The notes: generated by a model not told the origin, from the sequence alone. A stretch of 64,000 bases of DNA from Eledone cirrhosa (GCA_964016885.1 OZ024741.1:357926001-357990000); one strand, 5' to 3'; positions 36,687 through 51,085 are shown, numbered from the stretch's first letter. Made by a program: numbers and translations.

Positions 36687-39600
36687 TATATACAAATATA
36701 ACTAGGTTTCCAAGATTGGTGGGAGGTAGAAAGAAAGGTAGAGAGCATTTTTAATCTAGTGACTGGCTAGGATGTTTGCAGCAGAGTAGATTCCACTAAT
36801 GTCATCCAAGAACCAGGTAGTGATGGTAAACCAGATGATGGTTTATGTCTGTCATCCAAACAGGCTACAGCAGGATTTAATCTCAGAATGCTTAGATCTG
36901 GGACAAATATTGCAAGATATATCATTGAATGCTATCAATTCTGTTAATCCACAGGTCAAGGAATATGAGGGAAGTAACTAAAAATAATAAATGCAGTGAG
37001 AAAAAAAAACAATATTTGTCAATGACTTATATAATTTTAATTATTTTGGCAATTATGAGACATGTTTCAGTTTTATTTTGACCTCATCAGTAAGGGGCAG
37101 ACTTCCCCATACTTGCTGAAGTAGTGATGGAAGAATTTACTATAATTATTGAGCTGATATTTATGGGATATGTCACACAATACACCACATATTTTAATAT
37201 TAAACTTTAATAAATAAAATGACTAAAATAACTTGACTAATTGTTAATCACTGTAATTACTAGGGTATAAATATTTTTAATTAATTTTTCTTGTAAAATA
37301 TCTTGTAAAACAACCAATTCATTTTTTTCTTTGAAAAAATAAAAATAAAAGCTTTTTGCTTTCAAGAAATTTGCTTCTTCTATTTATTCCTTTTAATCAT
37401 CTTTAAATGCTTTAAAAAATTATTGTTATTATTATTATTTTTTTTTTTATAGTTCATTGCTTAAGATGCACCAATGGAATGCAGAAAAGAGTTTGTTTTG
37501 TTTTTCTTCATTTATTTCTATTTTTAAAAAAAAGAAGGAATTCAGTTCATTTGGCATATTCATTAGTGTTTCAATAAATTTTACACAAATGCCAAACACT
37601 TGCAATTCTCATTGAAAGTTCCCCCCATATCAGCTGCTGGATTTGTTAATGCTGTCATGAGATATAACATAACATTATAATAGCAATGCTGTGTTACTAT
37701 TTATCCAGCAGCTGATCAACTGTGAACATGTCTTTCTTGTTCTATGAAGTGAGTCAGCTAATTAATTGTTCCCTTTTGAATACTGCATTCTGATAAATGC
37801 ACATTTTTTTTTCTGTTGCATTCCTCACTTTATGGTGCATATGAAGTGATGACATATGCACATTGTCATCATTTACAACGGGAGCTCTTTATAAGGTTTT
37901 TGAATTACAGGCTTCTCTCTCAGGTTACCAGCTTGAAAATATTTCTACCTTGGTATTTCTTTTGTGATTATTTTACTACATCAAGTGGTGAATTAGTAGA
38001 GTATTAGGATGGCAGATAGAAGGCGTTGCTGTTTTCATTCTGGCTCGGCACTCCAAGTTCAAAATACACTGAGACCATCTTTGCTTTTCATTATTTGAGT
38101 CAGGGTCAATAAATAAAATACCAATCCTGTACTGAATTCTATTCTTATCCACCCACTCTTTCTCAAAATTCAGCTCTGGTTAAACCTAGAGAGAGAGATA
38201 AATACTACCAAGAGATGCCATATAACAGTACCCCTACAACTCTATTAGGGATTATGGGATTACTGATGTTATATTCTTGTGCTCTGAAATCCTAATGGGG
38301 CTGTAGGGAGCACGATTGACATATGGCATACTTGGAGCATTTAACTCTAGCATTTAAACTGGCCATATCTGGCCCGAATTGTCTCACCTCTTTCTTTTCA
38401 AACCGGCCATAACAGGCTGCTCATACTTATGTTAAGGTTTTGTTCTCAAAATAAATAATATCAAAACCTCATAAATTTGATATTATGTGAGGTAAAGCTT
38501 TTACCATGAAAATATAATAGTAAATATAGAGTAATGTAAATGCCAAAGGGGTAAACCTGGTGGAGCCCATCTTACTCTGGGTCTGAATAAAACTGATTTT
38601 TTTCCAGAGAAAGCGAGGAAAAATTAACCTCAATACTGGACTGTACTGTATTTATTAATCTTAAAAGTATGAAGAGCATAGTTCACTTCAGGATTTGAAC
38701 TGAGAGATCAGATAAAAAGGATGAAATGAGTACCACACAGCATTTTATCTAATATTTTAACCACTCTGCCTTAGTATATCTATATGATGTGCTGAATTTG
38801 AAACTGATAAATCTTACATATTTTAATATGTAAAATTGAGCATTTTTGAAATCTTAGATATTTTAATATGTAGGATTTCAAAAATGTGTTTGTTTCACTA
38901 TTTATATTTTCAACATTTATTCTAGATTGGACGCTTGAATATATATATTTTTAAAGCATCAACTTGGTTTATTCCTCCTCTTTATTCCCTCCCCCACCAG
39001 ATTTACAAAAACCAAGCAACTTTAAAATGTTCAAAACAAAAGTTGTTTAAAAAAAATATCTATCTAGAGCACAGGGATGGCTGTCTGGTTAAGAAATTCA
39101 CCTTGTAAACACATGGTTCTGTGTTTGATCCTATTTTCGCAATTGTCATCATAGCATGAGGTCAAACAAACCCTTTTGAATGAAGTGTGGAAGGCTGTCA
39201 GATGAGTATGTTTGTTTGTATGTGTGTGGGGAATGCAACCATAAGGTTTCAAGTTCAATCTCACTGCATGGCATTTACCATAGACTTGTGTTGACTGAAG
39301 CCTTGAGTGGAATTGGATCTACAGAAACTGCATGGAACCAGATTCATTTCACTGTTGTTACAGATCAAACCTGGATTATCTGTGGATATTCAGCCTCTCC
39401 ATACATGCAAGCACACACACACACACACAACTTTTTCTATGTAACCTCTTTATATATTTTCATATGCTGTCTCCCTCACCTCCATTCAAAACCCAGCACT
39501 AACCACTTATCCCAGTCATCCTACCCAGAATGTCAGTCCTCTGGAATTCCCTCTCTATCAATGTTTTTTTCTGGTAACTGTTAACAGCAGCCCCTTCCTC

Positions 39601-39824
39601 CAGACTAAATCTTTTCAAAAAATGAAAGTAGGTGTGTGTGTGGGGGGGGGGTGAGTGAAAACATCCTCAGATAACACATACAAAAAATAAATTTCTCATA
39701 ACAAAGATTTTTTCTTGGAGCAATGAACTACCTGAAAAGCAGAAAGTCTTAATAATGTTAATGACGCTTCAGTTGACTTTGTCCGGAATATTTAAATCCA
39801 AATTCATATTTTCTATATGCATTT

Positions 39825-40242
39825 AATAATAATAATGAAATTATTGTGTACAGTGCTCAGGTGCACTACAACTCATCAAAGGTGCATGTATAGTACATAG
39901 AATAATATACAAATGTCAGGGAAGTGAATAGTGTATGGAGGGGGAATATTAGGTGTAATATTGTTGGCGAATCTCAGGAAGCATGGGGGTTGTAAAGGAT
40001 GCAATGTCTCAACAGCTAACAACTGATGTAGGCAGTTTGTTCCATGTTTCAGCAACTCTGAGCGTGAAAAAATGTTTCCGAAAGTCATGGGAGCTGTGCT
40101 GTTTTCTGACTTTGTGGCCACGCCCACGTGTGTTAGGCACATGGAAATCAAAAAGGTACTCAGGGTTGTTGTTGGCAAGATGGTTAATAATTTTGTGGGT
40201 GTTTACCAAGTCAGTTGCCCAGGGAAGCAAGGCATTCAGAGT
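39825..40242 (-). mobile_element. Short 3' fragment of the CR1-clade LINE
   Basis: High similarity to 46418-46895; (ATT)n tail. Confidence 0.88.
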
Positions 40243-42083
40243 ATGGTAGATGCTATTTTAAGAACAATACCTTAAAGTCAGTAGGAGGGGCCAGTTTGAA
40301 CAGAAAGAGGTGAGAGAATTCTGGCCGTATATGGCCGGTTTAAATGCTAAAGGGTTTATATTTGTCTTAACACTTTCCAACATAATTTTATATTAGAACT
40401 TTTGTTAATTTATGTTACAAACACCAACTTATTAATGAGAAAGTTGGTTATATTACTAAAATCATTCAAATTCTTGATTATTTCCAAAATTCTTTGAAAA
40501 TTATAAGGAGTGTCTTTTATTAGAAATATGGTAATAAAAGGGTTAAATGAGAAAGTATTTACATTAAGATAAAAGAAAATGTGAATTTTATGTACAAAAC
40601 ATGGCAATGACTCTTAATATATTTGTAGATAGTTTCTGTTATTTACATTACATAATCAGTGCTGGGATGGTTGTAATGAAAGTATATAGTAACTTGCATA
40701 AATAAATAGAAAATATTCAAGGACATGTCAACAATGTCAACAGAAATAGCAACAGCTATATTGCGTTGTTTAGAAATACTGAATGTAAAAGAGCTTGTGT
40801 TATTTGTTAGATGTGTCATATCAACATGCTTCAGAGGCTGTTACTTCTGTTGAAAACTAATGTAGACTTGCATAAAGTATGTGTAATAATTGAGTTACTG
40901 TGTAGTAATGAGATATGGGTATTGAATGAGGAGGGTCTATGGAGTCTGGAGTGAAAGGAGCTGAGTGTTATCTGTTGAATGTATAGTGTTAACTTGTCTG
41001 AAAGCAATTTAACAATTCTATTAACTTCCTAGCAACTATTTTGTGTCACTTTACCAAAATCTTTCACAAGAAAGCTCAAACTTTATTTATGTTTTTTTTA
41101 ATCATTTTGTTACCATATTTCTAAGGAAAAATACTTTCTATTATTTTCTAATGATTATGAAAATATCTTGGAGGGATTTAGTAATATAATAATACTATTC
41201 TCATTATCAAGTTAGTGTTTGGAACATAACTTCAAGGTTTTTACATGAAATTATGAAAATTTTTAGACAAACATAGTCCCTTTAAAACAGTTAGCTTTAT
41301 AATGTAGAACAAGAGGCAGTTACAGGTGGCTTGATATCAAAAGGATTACTAATAACTACTGTTATTGTAGTTGTTGGCATCAACAATTACTTTTAATGGA
41401 GCACAAGTGGTCTGTGAGAGTGGCTAGGTATTAGGTACACTAATCAATATATTCAGCAGAGATGACTGCATTGGTGTGGACATGTGATATAAATAGATGA
41501 GGGGATGAGAGAAAAATTGCTGCCATTTACTGAAAATTCAGTAAGTGGCAGAAAAAATTCACAGAAAACATAGAAAGAATTGGTGAGGTCAAATTTCAGG
41601 ATAGTGCGTAATGTGAACAAAATAAAGATTTCTAATTTAGGCACAAGGCCAGCAAATTCAAGGGAAGTACAAAGTTGATTAAATCAATTCCATTACTAAT
41701 GATTCTGCCAATCCACTGCCCTGAATAGTTTCTAATTCAGGCAGAAGATCAGCAACTTGGGGAGGGAAAAGTCAATTATATCAATTCCAGTGTTTGACTG
41801 GTACTTTATTTTATGAAGCTCAGAAGGGTGAAAGGCAAAGTTTACCTCAGTGTGATTTGAATTCAGAACACAAAGAGCTATAACTGAATACTGCACTGCA
41901 GGGTACTTTATCTGACACTAACAATTCTGCCAATCCACAGTCCTCATATGAACAAGATAATAAAGGATCATGATGAATGATGATCTGTAGTACAACAAAT
42001 GTATACAACCCATGTCAGCATAAAAAGACAGATGCCAAAACTATAATGGTGAATATGATGATGCTTCAAAATAATTAAAGGTA

Positions 42084-42403
42084 ATGAAGGCACATGGCTT
42101 AGTGGTTAGAGCATTGGCCTTGCAATCGAAAGGTTGTGAGTTCAATTCTCAGACCGGGTGATGTGTTGTTTCCTTGAGCAAGACACTTTATTTCACATTG
42201 CTCCAGTTTACTCAGCTGTCCCTATCATTCCACTGCAAAGTGGTCGTGGAGGTGCCACGGCAAAAAAGCACCCAGCACTCACTGTAAATGAGGTTGGTGT
42301 TAGGAAGGGCATCCAGCTGTAGAAATCAAGCCAGAATCAGTTCCCATCCCACCCTTGCAAGCAGGGAAAAGTGGATGTAAAATGAAATGAATGAAATGAA
42401 TGA
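42084..42403 (+). mobile_element. Young tRNA-headed SINE (family of 11162-11513) with internal hairpin deletion
   Basis: Near-identical to the other copies but joins CTCAGCTG directly to TCCCTATC. Confidence 0.9.
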
Positions 42404-45400
42404 AAAAACCTGTATTTCCAACAACAGATTTTTACACATCTACACATTATAAGAAGGATTTTATTTCCATAAGTGGTTTATCTCTCGACACTCTGGTTTC
42501 TACTGATTTTTAGATAGGAGTGTTAGGTGGTGAACTGGCAGAATCATTAGAGCACAGGACAATATTTGTTCCAGTTCTGTGCTCAATTTACTGAGGTCAA
42601 TTTACCCTTTTATCCTTTCTGGTGTTGATAAAATAAAGTACCAGTCCAGAGCAGTGGATTGGTGGAATTATTCAAGCATTGAGATGCTTCCAGTATTTGT
42701 TCTGGTTATTTGTATTTTGAGTTCATGAATCTTCGGTAATGACCGAAAGAATACGATTGCGAATATAAGCGACCAAAATGGAATTCGTTCGAAGGGTCTT
42801 TGGAGTAACATTACTCGATGGAGTGCGTAGCTTGGAGATCAGAGAGTCACTCCAAGTAGAGCTGCTACTTCTCCGAATTGAGAGATCACAGCTCCGAAAA
42901 TTATGGCCATGTGGCTAGAATGTCTCAGGAAAGAATTGCTAGACAGATTTTACGGGCAAAACCAACCGGCAGGAGATCCAGGGGTAGACCCTGAGCAAGA
43001 TGGCTGGATAACATCCATGAAGTTGGGGATCCAGCTGGATCATTTGGAGACAGTTGCTTCTGACAGGACCCGCTGGAAGGCTTAATCTGTCAACTAGTTT
43101 AAGACTATCATTTAGACCTTGGGTGCTTTTAGCGAAGTTCACTATGTTGTAAACATTCCAGCCAGGTCCCTGGTTTGATGATAGTTTTCTCATTCTCTCT
43201 CACTGGTTTCAGCGATCCTTCCCTTCCTCCTTATTAAACACTATTATACACTGCATGTGCTTGTATATTTATATATAACCCGGTCTGTAACTCTTTAAAA
43301 TTTACACACACAATGTATTTCCTATATCAGCCATGTTGCTACAATAAGAAGTACCCAGGTTACTCATACATTTAATCTTGTATGTCATTAGTATACACAT
43401 GCTGAACATTTATGATTAAAATATTATTTTTTATCTTTAATCACTTCCACATGTCAATAATCAACATAAACTATAGGGATTCTCTTATGCAAACTACTAT
43501 TTTATAAAATGTAAATTTCCCAATTTGTATGCTTGTTCATATATCCAGTAATTCCATTTATCATGATCTCCAAAAACTAAATACGTTCATCACTATTACC
43601 ATCATTATTGTTATCTAGGTGATCTGATTAGTAGTGAAATGAAGGAGGTTGCTCTGAGAGCACAGTTTCTAGATAGAAAATGTTCAGAGAGCTACAATCC
43701 CTGTTGACAGCAAAAGGTTTCTTTCTGGCAGTATGATGTCTGCATGTGATGTTGCATGGTAGTGAGAAATGGATGTGCATGAACAATGAAGCATGTATGA
43801 GCTGAGAGAAACACTGGGTATAAGAAGAATCAGGTGTAATGTGCAAGAGAGAAAAAAAAAGCTGTGTTGGTATGGACATGTGATGTATATGGATGATGAC
43901 CATTGGGTAAAGAAGTGCCAAGAAATCTCAGTGGAAGGAAGCTGCACTAGAGGGAGATTGAAGTGGAGGTAGTGAGAGCTGATACAAAAATCACTGAATC
44001 TCATGAAGGAATGCAATAAATGGAGATACCATGCTGGAAAAGAACCATCCAACCTAGGTAAGCATGGAAAAATAGTAGTAAAATGATGATGATGAAGATG
44101 AATTTCTTTTTTTTTGCAAGTAATAGCTAGATATGTGTTACTTAAGCAATCATTTTCACATCGTTTTTTCCTTGTCTTCATGAGTAAGACAAGTATCTCT
44201 GTAGTTGTTTCCTTCTCTTGTGACTTTCAGCATCCTGAGATCAGCTTTTACTCCAGCCTCTGCCCATATTTTTCTAGGCCTTCCTCTTCCACTCAATGAT
44301 CACCATCCATACACATTACGCGTTTGTATCAACACAATCTTAATAGCTGGAGGGATTGAGTTATGGCTCTTTACATTCTGAATTCAAGTCCCGCAACAGT
44401 TAACTTTGCCTTTCAGTTGATAAAATAAAGTACCAGTCACACACGGGTCAATTTAATCGACTTTCCCCTCCCCACAAAAATGCTGGCGTTGTGCCTAAAT
44501 CAGAAACCATTATTTGGAGGGATTTAGTAACAGTAACTTTCTCATTATTAAGGTGGTGTTTAGAACATAAAGGCTCTTGCATAAAATTATGATGGAGGTT
44601 TTTAGATAAATCGAAACAGCTTTATATTGTGGAACTAGGGGCAGCTACAGGCTGTTTGATATCCAAAGAGTTAACAACTCTAAGCTCTAATATTGCTGGT
44701 ATTATGGTAAGGAATTTTCCATTTATTGCTTCCAGCACAATAAACATAATAAATGCAGTTGAGTCATCATTTTTATGATTGCTTTTCCATGTTTGCTTGC
44801 ATTTAAGTAGTCTTCTCCAGCATAGCTTTTCTGTACTTATGTTTTTTGTCATCTACTCTGTGAGTTTCAACGTTCTGAGATCACCACTTCTACCTAGACT
44901 TTCTTCAGTCTTCCTCCTCTGCTGTTTCCTTCCATCTGGGACTCCTGGCGCTTTTTCACCTAATGATCATCCATATGTATCATGTGCCCATGCAAACACA
45001 ATCTTCTTTTTCACACTGCACTTGATTCCCTTTACACCCAGTTTTTCCTTCAACTTACCTATGTTGTTCACGTACATAAACATTGCATATCCAGCAGAGC
45101 ATGGTAGAATCAAATTTTTCTAAACTTCGTACATTCTCTGCATTGAATGTCCATGTCTCACAACAAAGCAACTGATTATATAAATCATTTTCTTACAACA
45201 ACAAAATGAAGAGGCGGAGAAGGATCTTGAACTTGGCAGAAAAAAAGTTTCCTTTGTTCCTTCAATAAATGCTTCAAACACAATATACTAAACAATTCAA
45301 CCAATAGAACTAATAGATCTTTATTCATTATTGATGTCAGATTCTGTTTTTTGCGAAGGAATAAGAATTTGTTTCATTGTATGAGAATATACATACACAC

Positions 45401-46013
45401 ATATATATATTTATTTAGAACTGTGTGTCTCCAGTTTAGAATAGGTACACTGCATCCTTGTATGTCATAAGAGCTGATTAAAGGAGTTGGTACCAGGAAA
45501 GGCATCCAGTCATAAAACATTGCCTCAAAAAAGAGACCCTGATGAATACATCATGGGATCCCTGCAAGGCTAATCATTCCTTTAGCAAGGAAAATGGCTT
45601 TAAAATGTATGTTGTTATGTATATATATAACACCAACAACACCATGTGATCTGAACCAACCTAAAGTACATTCTCAATTTTGTTGTCATTTATTTAAAAG
45701 CATTACATGCCTATGAAACCACTGGTAATGCATAAATCAGTCAAACTGTTAATATAAATATATAGAAAAACAGACATTAAATGAGATGATAATGACAATG
45801 GTATATATGTATGTGTACATTATATATATATGTATATATATATTTTTTATTTTTATTTATTTTTATATATATATATATATATACAGACCTCTTTTAACTA
45901 TTGGGTGCAGCAGCCTAGACAGCCTTATGAATAATATGGCCCAGCTCTTTGCCAGTATTTTCAATAGGCCATGTTAACTTTCGTTGGTCCTCTTTTCATC
46001 AGAAGAACTGTTT

Positions 46014-46184
46014 TTACTGATTTTTAGTTATATTTGGACTGCCCTTTACAGATTGATTTTTTATATTTTCACTTTTATTCACTGAATCTGATGATTTATT
46101 CACATTATTTTTGAGTTCTGGATTCAATTCTTTAAGCGGGCTGCTTGTACCCAATTTTTTTAGATCTTTATGGAATTTGTTTGC
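46014..46184 (-). CDS. SIRT3: Probable terminal coding exon of sirtuin-3 (56-aa low-complexity tail plus TAA)
   Basis: TTTCTAG acceptor; phase-0 open frame ANKFHKDLKKLGTSSPLKELNPELKNNVNKSSDSVNKSENIKNQSVKGSPNITKNQ* in non-repeat sequence. No homology support. Confidence 0.5.
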   Translation of the reverse strand, partial: ANKFHKDLKKLGTSSPLKELNPELKNNVNKSSDSVNKSENIKNQSVKGSPNITKNQ

Positions 46185-46417
46185 CTAGAAATAGTGTGAA
46201 AATAAAATTAAGACTTTAATAATAATAATTGTTTCTACTTTAGACACAAGGCCAGCAATTATCCAGTACATTACTGGTACTTTATTTTATCGACCCCGTA
46301 AGGATGAAAGGCAAAGTTAACCTCAACGGAATTTGAACTCAAACCATAAAGGGACGTAACTATGCTAGAAAGCATGGTGTCCAACCCTCTACTGATATGG
46401 CCAATTCACCGCCCTTT

Positions 46418-48417
46418 AATAATAATAATAATAATGAAAATATTGTGTACAGTGCTCAGGTGCACTACAACTCATCAAAAGTGTACGTATAGTACATAGG
46501 GTAATATACAAACATCAGGAAAATGAACAGTGCATGAGTCATGATATACACGTGTGCATGTGTATGGAAGGGGTACATCAGGTGTAGTTTTGGCGAATTT
46601 CGGGAAGCATGAGGGTTTTAAAGGATGCAGTATCTCGGCAGCTAATAACTGATGCAGGTAGTTTGTTCCATGCTTCAGCAACTCTAAGCGTGAAAAAATG
46701 TTTCCGAAAGTCATGGGAGCTGTGCTGTTTTCTGATTTTGTTGGCATGTCCACGTGTGTTAGACACATGGAGATCAAAAAGGTGCTCAGGGTTGTTGTTG
46801 GCAAGATGGTTAATAACTTTGTGGGTGTTTACCAAGTCAGTTGCTAGACGTTGGAGCTTCAATGAATCCATGCCCAGGGAAGCAAGGCGTTCAGAGTATG
46901 GTAGGTGTCTGATGGAGGGTATGCGCTTCGTTGCACGTCTCTGAACAGTTTCCAGGCGGTCAATGTTCTGAGCAAGATAGGGGTTCCAGACTGGTGATGC
47001 GAATTCCAAGTGTGGTCGTACCATAGCTGTATACAGCTTTAAATAAATGGCTGGAGAGCGGCTAACAAAGGTCTTGCTGAGTGATACCAAGACACCCTTG
47101 GCCCTCTTGACAATCTTAGAGACGTGCTTTGTCCAACGCAAATCGCTGCTGACAGTAATGCCCAGGTCACGTTCACAAGAGGACTTCTTGATATCAGTGT
47201 TGTGGAGGGAGTATGTGGATGCTGGATTTTTCCTTCCAAAATGCATGGTGGTACACTTGTCCACAGCCAGCTTCAGTTGCCAGTCTGTGATCCATTGCTG
47301 CATTGAGTCCAGGTCTGATTGTAGGAAAGAGTTGTAGATTTCAGGATCAGTCATTTTGATTTCAAGGTACAGCTTGATGTCATCTGCATATTTCAGTACC
47401 GTGGCATTCTTTAAGTTTGCATCTATGTCATTAATATATGCCACAAACAAAAGGGGACCAACAACAGATCCCTGTGGTACACCAGATGACATCTCATATG
47501 GTGAAGAATGCTGTCCTAGAACCGTGACTACCTCTTTTCGGCTGAGAATGAAGGATTTCAACCAGTTAAAAAGATCATCCCTCACACCCATTGCAGAGAG
47601 TTTCGCCATAAATCTTTTGTGTGGCACAGAATTAAAAGCCTTAGTGAAGTCAAAGTAAACAACATCGACCCATGAGCCGCTGTCAGTGATCCGGGTAATG
47701 TCTTCAAGGAACTCGATAAGCTGATCACAGCAGCTGGAGTTAGGGATAAATCCAAATTGCGAGGGCCGGATGAGGCTGTGATAGCTTCAGAAGTTCCAAA
47801 GTGTTTCTCTGACACAAGATTTCATCAGTTTGGCAATACAGCTAGTAAGACTGACTGAACGATAGTTGACAGGTGACGTGCGGTTGCCCTTTTAGAACAG
47901 GAGAATGACACTGGCAGTTTTCCACTGCTCCGGAGTAGCACCATTGTTGAGACAGTATTGAAAGAAGAAAGAAAGCTGGTGCAAAAGGAAGTACCTGCCA
48001 CGTTTGAGAAGCAGGTATGTAACATCATCAAGACCAGGGAGGCATAGTTGCGGCTATTCTTAAGGTGACATCGCAGCATTGCAGGTGTAAATTCCATAGT
48101 TGTTATGGAATTTGATGGTGGAGATGATACATTCTGGTTTTCAACAGTAAAAATGCTTGCATAGCACTCAGCAATGAGTTCTGCACATTCTTTGGGATCG
48201 TCAGTGATCTGGCTTGTGTGGGGATTGTGAAGAGGACCAACTGGAGAGTGAGGTCTCTGCTTTGAATGTACATATTTCCAGAACACCTTACTGTCAGGAT
48301 TGGTTGCTATGCACTGTTTAAATTCAAGCACTGCCTTTTTTGTCGCTTGCTTGAGATGGTTAGAAGATTTATTCCACTTTTTTCTGTTGGCATCTGATTT
48401 ATGCAGTTTATATTCCC
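46418..48417 (-). mobile_element. 5'-truncated CR1-clade LINE with near-intact RT domain
   Basis: ORF 46578-47627 has SGVPQGSVVGPLLF, KYADDIKLY, ERDLGI, VRPHLEFASPVWNPY, VQRRATK and FFTLRVAEAWNKLP. Upstream ORF2 is frameshifted. (ATT)n tail. Confidence 0.93.
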
Positions 48418-49737
48418 GTTGAAAATAATATTAATGCTTTATTACACGGAAATAAAATTGATAGTGCAAAGGAAATATTTTGTATTTAACTCAGGATTAG
48501 GTTGTTGGGCTCACACTGTGTATATTTGGTTTATAATAGGTACACCACGTGACAGCCATCTTATACTCGCAATGGCTTAATGCCTATGAAACTCGGATAA
48601 GCTCCAAGTTTCATCAGACCAATGCAAGCAAGGGAACATGGACATAAAACGATAATTCTAACTCCAAGTCTATTTGTATATTTCATTTATTCATTCATTG
48701 ATCCCTTAACTCTTGATCGAGTTGTAGGGTCGTTGTCATCATGGTGATATACAGTACTCCTTGGTCAATTATATCTGGTAGAACATGTCCCTTTCTATGA
48801 TTGACGATAGCCAATTTCTTCCAGAGAAGAACTGACCTCAGTAATGGACTGATATTTTATTTATCATCCTTGAAATGATGAAAGGCAAAGTCGATTTCAG
48901 AGGAATTTGAACACAGTTTGCAGAGAGCCAGAAAGAACACCACAAAGCATTGTATCTGATGTGACAACGGTAGAGAGGACACTTTAGTCATGATGAGCAC
49001 ATGGTAACTTCTCTAGTGTTACTACCATGAAAAATGTTCCTAGTACATTCTGTAAAGTGGATGGTGTTAGGAAGTGGAAGAGCATGCAACCTCTGAAATC
49101 ACATCAAAACGAGTAGGACATGGTCTCCTAATCCATCTAGGAGGACAGTAACTTTGAATGTAAACTGACCTGGACCATGACAACCTGTTTAATCCATGCC
49201 AGTACATCAATAAAAAGAGCATGCACTGGGAAAGTAATCAACTCAGTATTATAAATGCCTATCATCATTATCATTTTACATGTGTTAGATCATTATAGAC
49301 CAAGACTCAACTGAAGTTACTGTTATCCTAGACAGTCCAGAGGCTGCACCTTGCTTACATACATTTTGGTTTTGGTATGGTTTCAACAGTTGGCTGCCCT
49401 TCCTAACACCAACTACTTTATAGAGTGTAGTGAGTGCATTTAGCATTCACACCAGCACTAGGGAGGTTGTCATATCCTTGCTGCGAGGTGACTGAAGAGA
49501 CCTCTCAACCCTTTTGGCATGGTTTCTACAGCTGAATACCCTTTGTAACACCAATCACTTTACAGAGTGTAGAGGGTACATTTTTATCATGACACCTGCA
49601 CTAGGGAAATTGTTATGTTCTTTATATGACTTTGAAAAGGACTTCTCAGGCCTTTTCAAAAACAGCAATCATTCAATAATGGGAAATTGGAAGTAAATCA
49701 GTGAAAAATAAATAAAAATGTGACAATGTATACTTAC

Positions 49738-49832
49738 ATATTTCTCGCTTTCAGCTTCTTCTAACAATTTTAATATCTCAGTTTGCCAGTTGAGCTGAGT
49801 AACTAACTTTTCTAAAGACTCAGTGAGATCAC
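49738..49832 (-). CDS. SIRT3: Sirtuin-3 coding exon (95 bp), end of catalytic domain
   Basis: TAG acceptor, GTAAG donor, phase 1 matches the previous exon. Encodes (G)DLTESLEKLVTQLNWQTEILKLLEEAESEKY, matching the sirtuin GD...L.W C-terminal helix. Confidence 0.88.
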
Positions 49833-50504
49833 CTAAAAATAATCAAGAATTTTTAGAAGTGGCATTAACATAGCATGGTTCAACATTGGGTGTATAAGAA
49901 AGCATATACGATATGTTTATGTATAATGAACAAGCAAGAGTCTCACTACATAAAAAAAAAAAGATGCATCCATTACACTGTACAAAGTGGTTGACAGTAG
50001 GTAGAACATTCAGCTAAAGGAAACATGCTAAAATATGAAATGTATGTACAAGACATGGCTTTCCAAACCATCTAGTCTGAAAGCATGACGGCATGGAATG
50101 CCGACATAAAATGATGATGAAATCATACATAACTCAACATGAAAATTGTAATTTCAAGTAAGGCTATAAAAAACACTAAAGTCTAAATAGCTTTATTTTT
50201 TTTTAAGAAAGAAAATATTTCACAGAAAATGCCATGTAAAGTACCATGTGCAAATACTTGCAGAAAGTTTTTCTTGGAAGAACAGCAAATGCTGGAAATT
50301 TGAAAAAAAAAATTAAATCAAAGGCACTGGATGAATATTTGGTCTTTGACTAAGGTTTTATTTAGGGATCAACATTTGCAACTGAAAACAAAAAAGATTT
50401 ATAATGTTTCTTTAACTGGTTTCAGCCATTAGACTGCGGCTATGCTTGGGTACAGCTCTAGCATCACACCCTCATAGTGAGCCTATAAACTTTTGAGCCA
50501 ACCC

Positions 50505-50540
<36 letters not shown>

Positions 50541-50738
50541 TCATCATTGTTGTTTTAATGTCAGCTTTCCCTGCCAGCAAAGGTTGGACAGGTCTACATA
50601 GACCGAGTCAATACTGAAGCAGGGCTACTTATCTTCCAGAGAGGCCAGGGATCTGCATCTCGCTTATGTACAATCTCACATTCTATCGAGTGCACAGGAG
50701 AGATTGTCATGTCTTTGATACAACTGAAGGAAACCCCA

Positions 50739-51085
50739 ACCCTTTGTTTGGTAAGCTTTCTATGGCTGGATGCCCTTCCTATCACCAATCACTTTACAGC
50801 ATGTACTGGGTGTGTTTATCGTGTAGATCACCAACATTATGGAGGTTGTCATGACCTTGACATGAATGAAGGGTCCTCCTAACCCTTTGTATGGCAAGCT
50901 TTCTCTGGCTGGATGCCCTTCCTATTACCAATCACTTTACAGTGTATACTGGGTGTGTTTATCATGTAGATCACCAAACACTAGGGAGGCTCTCATGTCC
51001 TTGACATGACTGAAGAGTTACCCAATCCTTTGTTTCGCAAACCCTCCGTGGCTGGATGCCTTTCCCATCACCAACCACTTCACAA
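50739..51085 (-). repeat. ~140-bp tandem repeat (about 2.5 units) of a SINE/LINE tail module
   Basis: Recurring CCCTTTGT.TGG.AAGCTTTCT.TGGCTGGATGCCCTTCCTAT.ACCAATCACTTTACAG unit. Confidence 0.8.
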
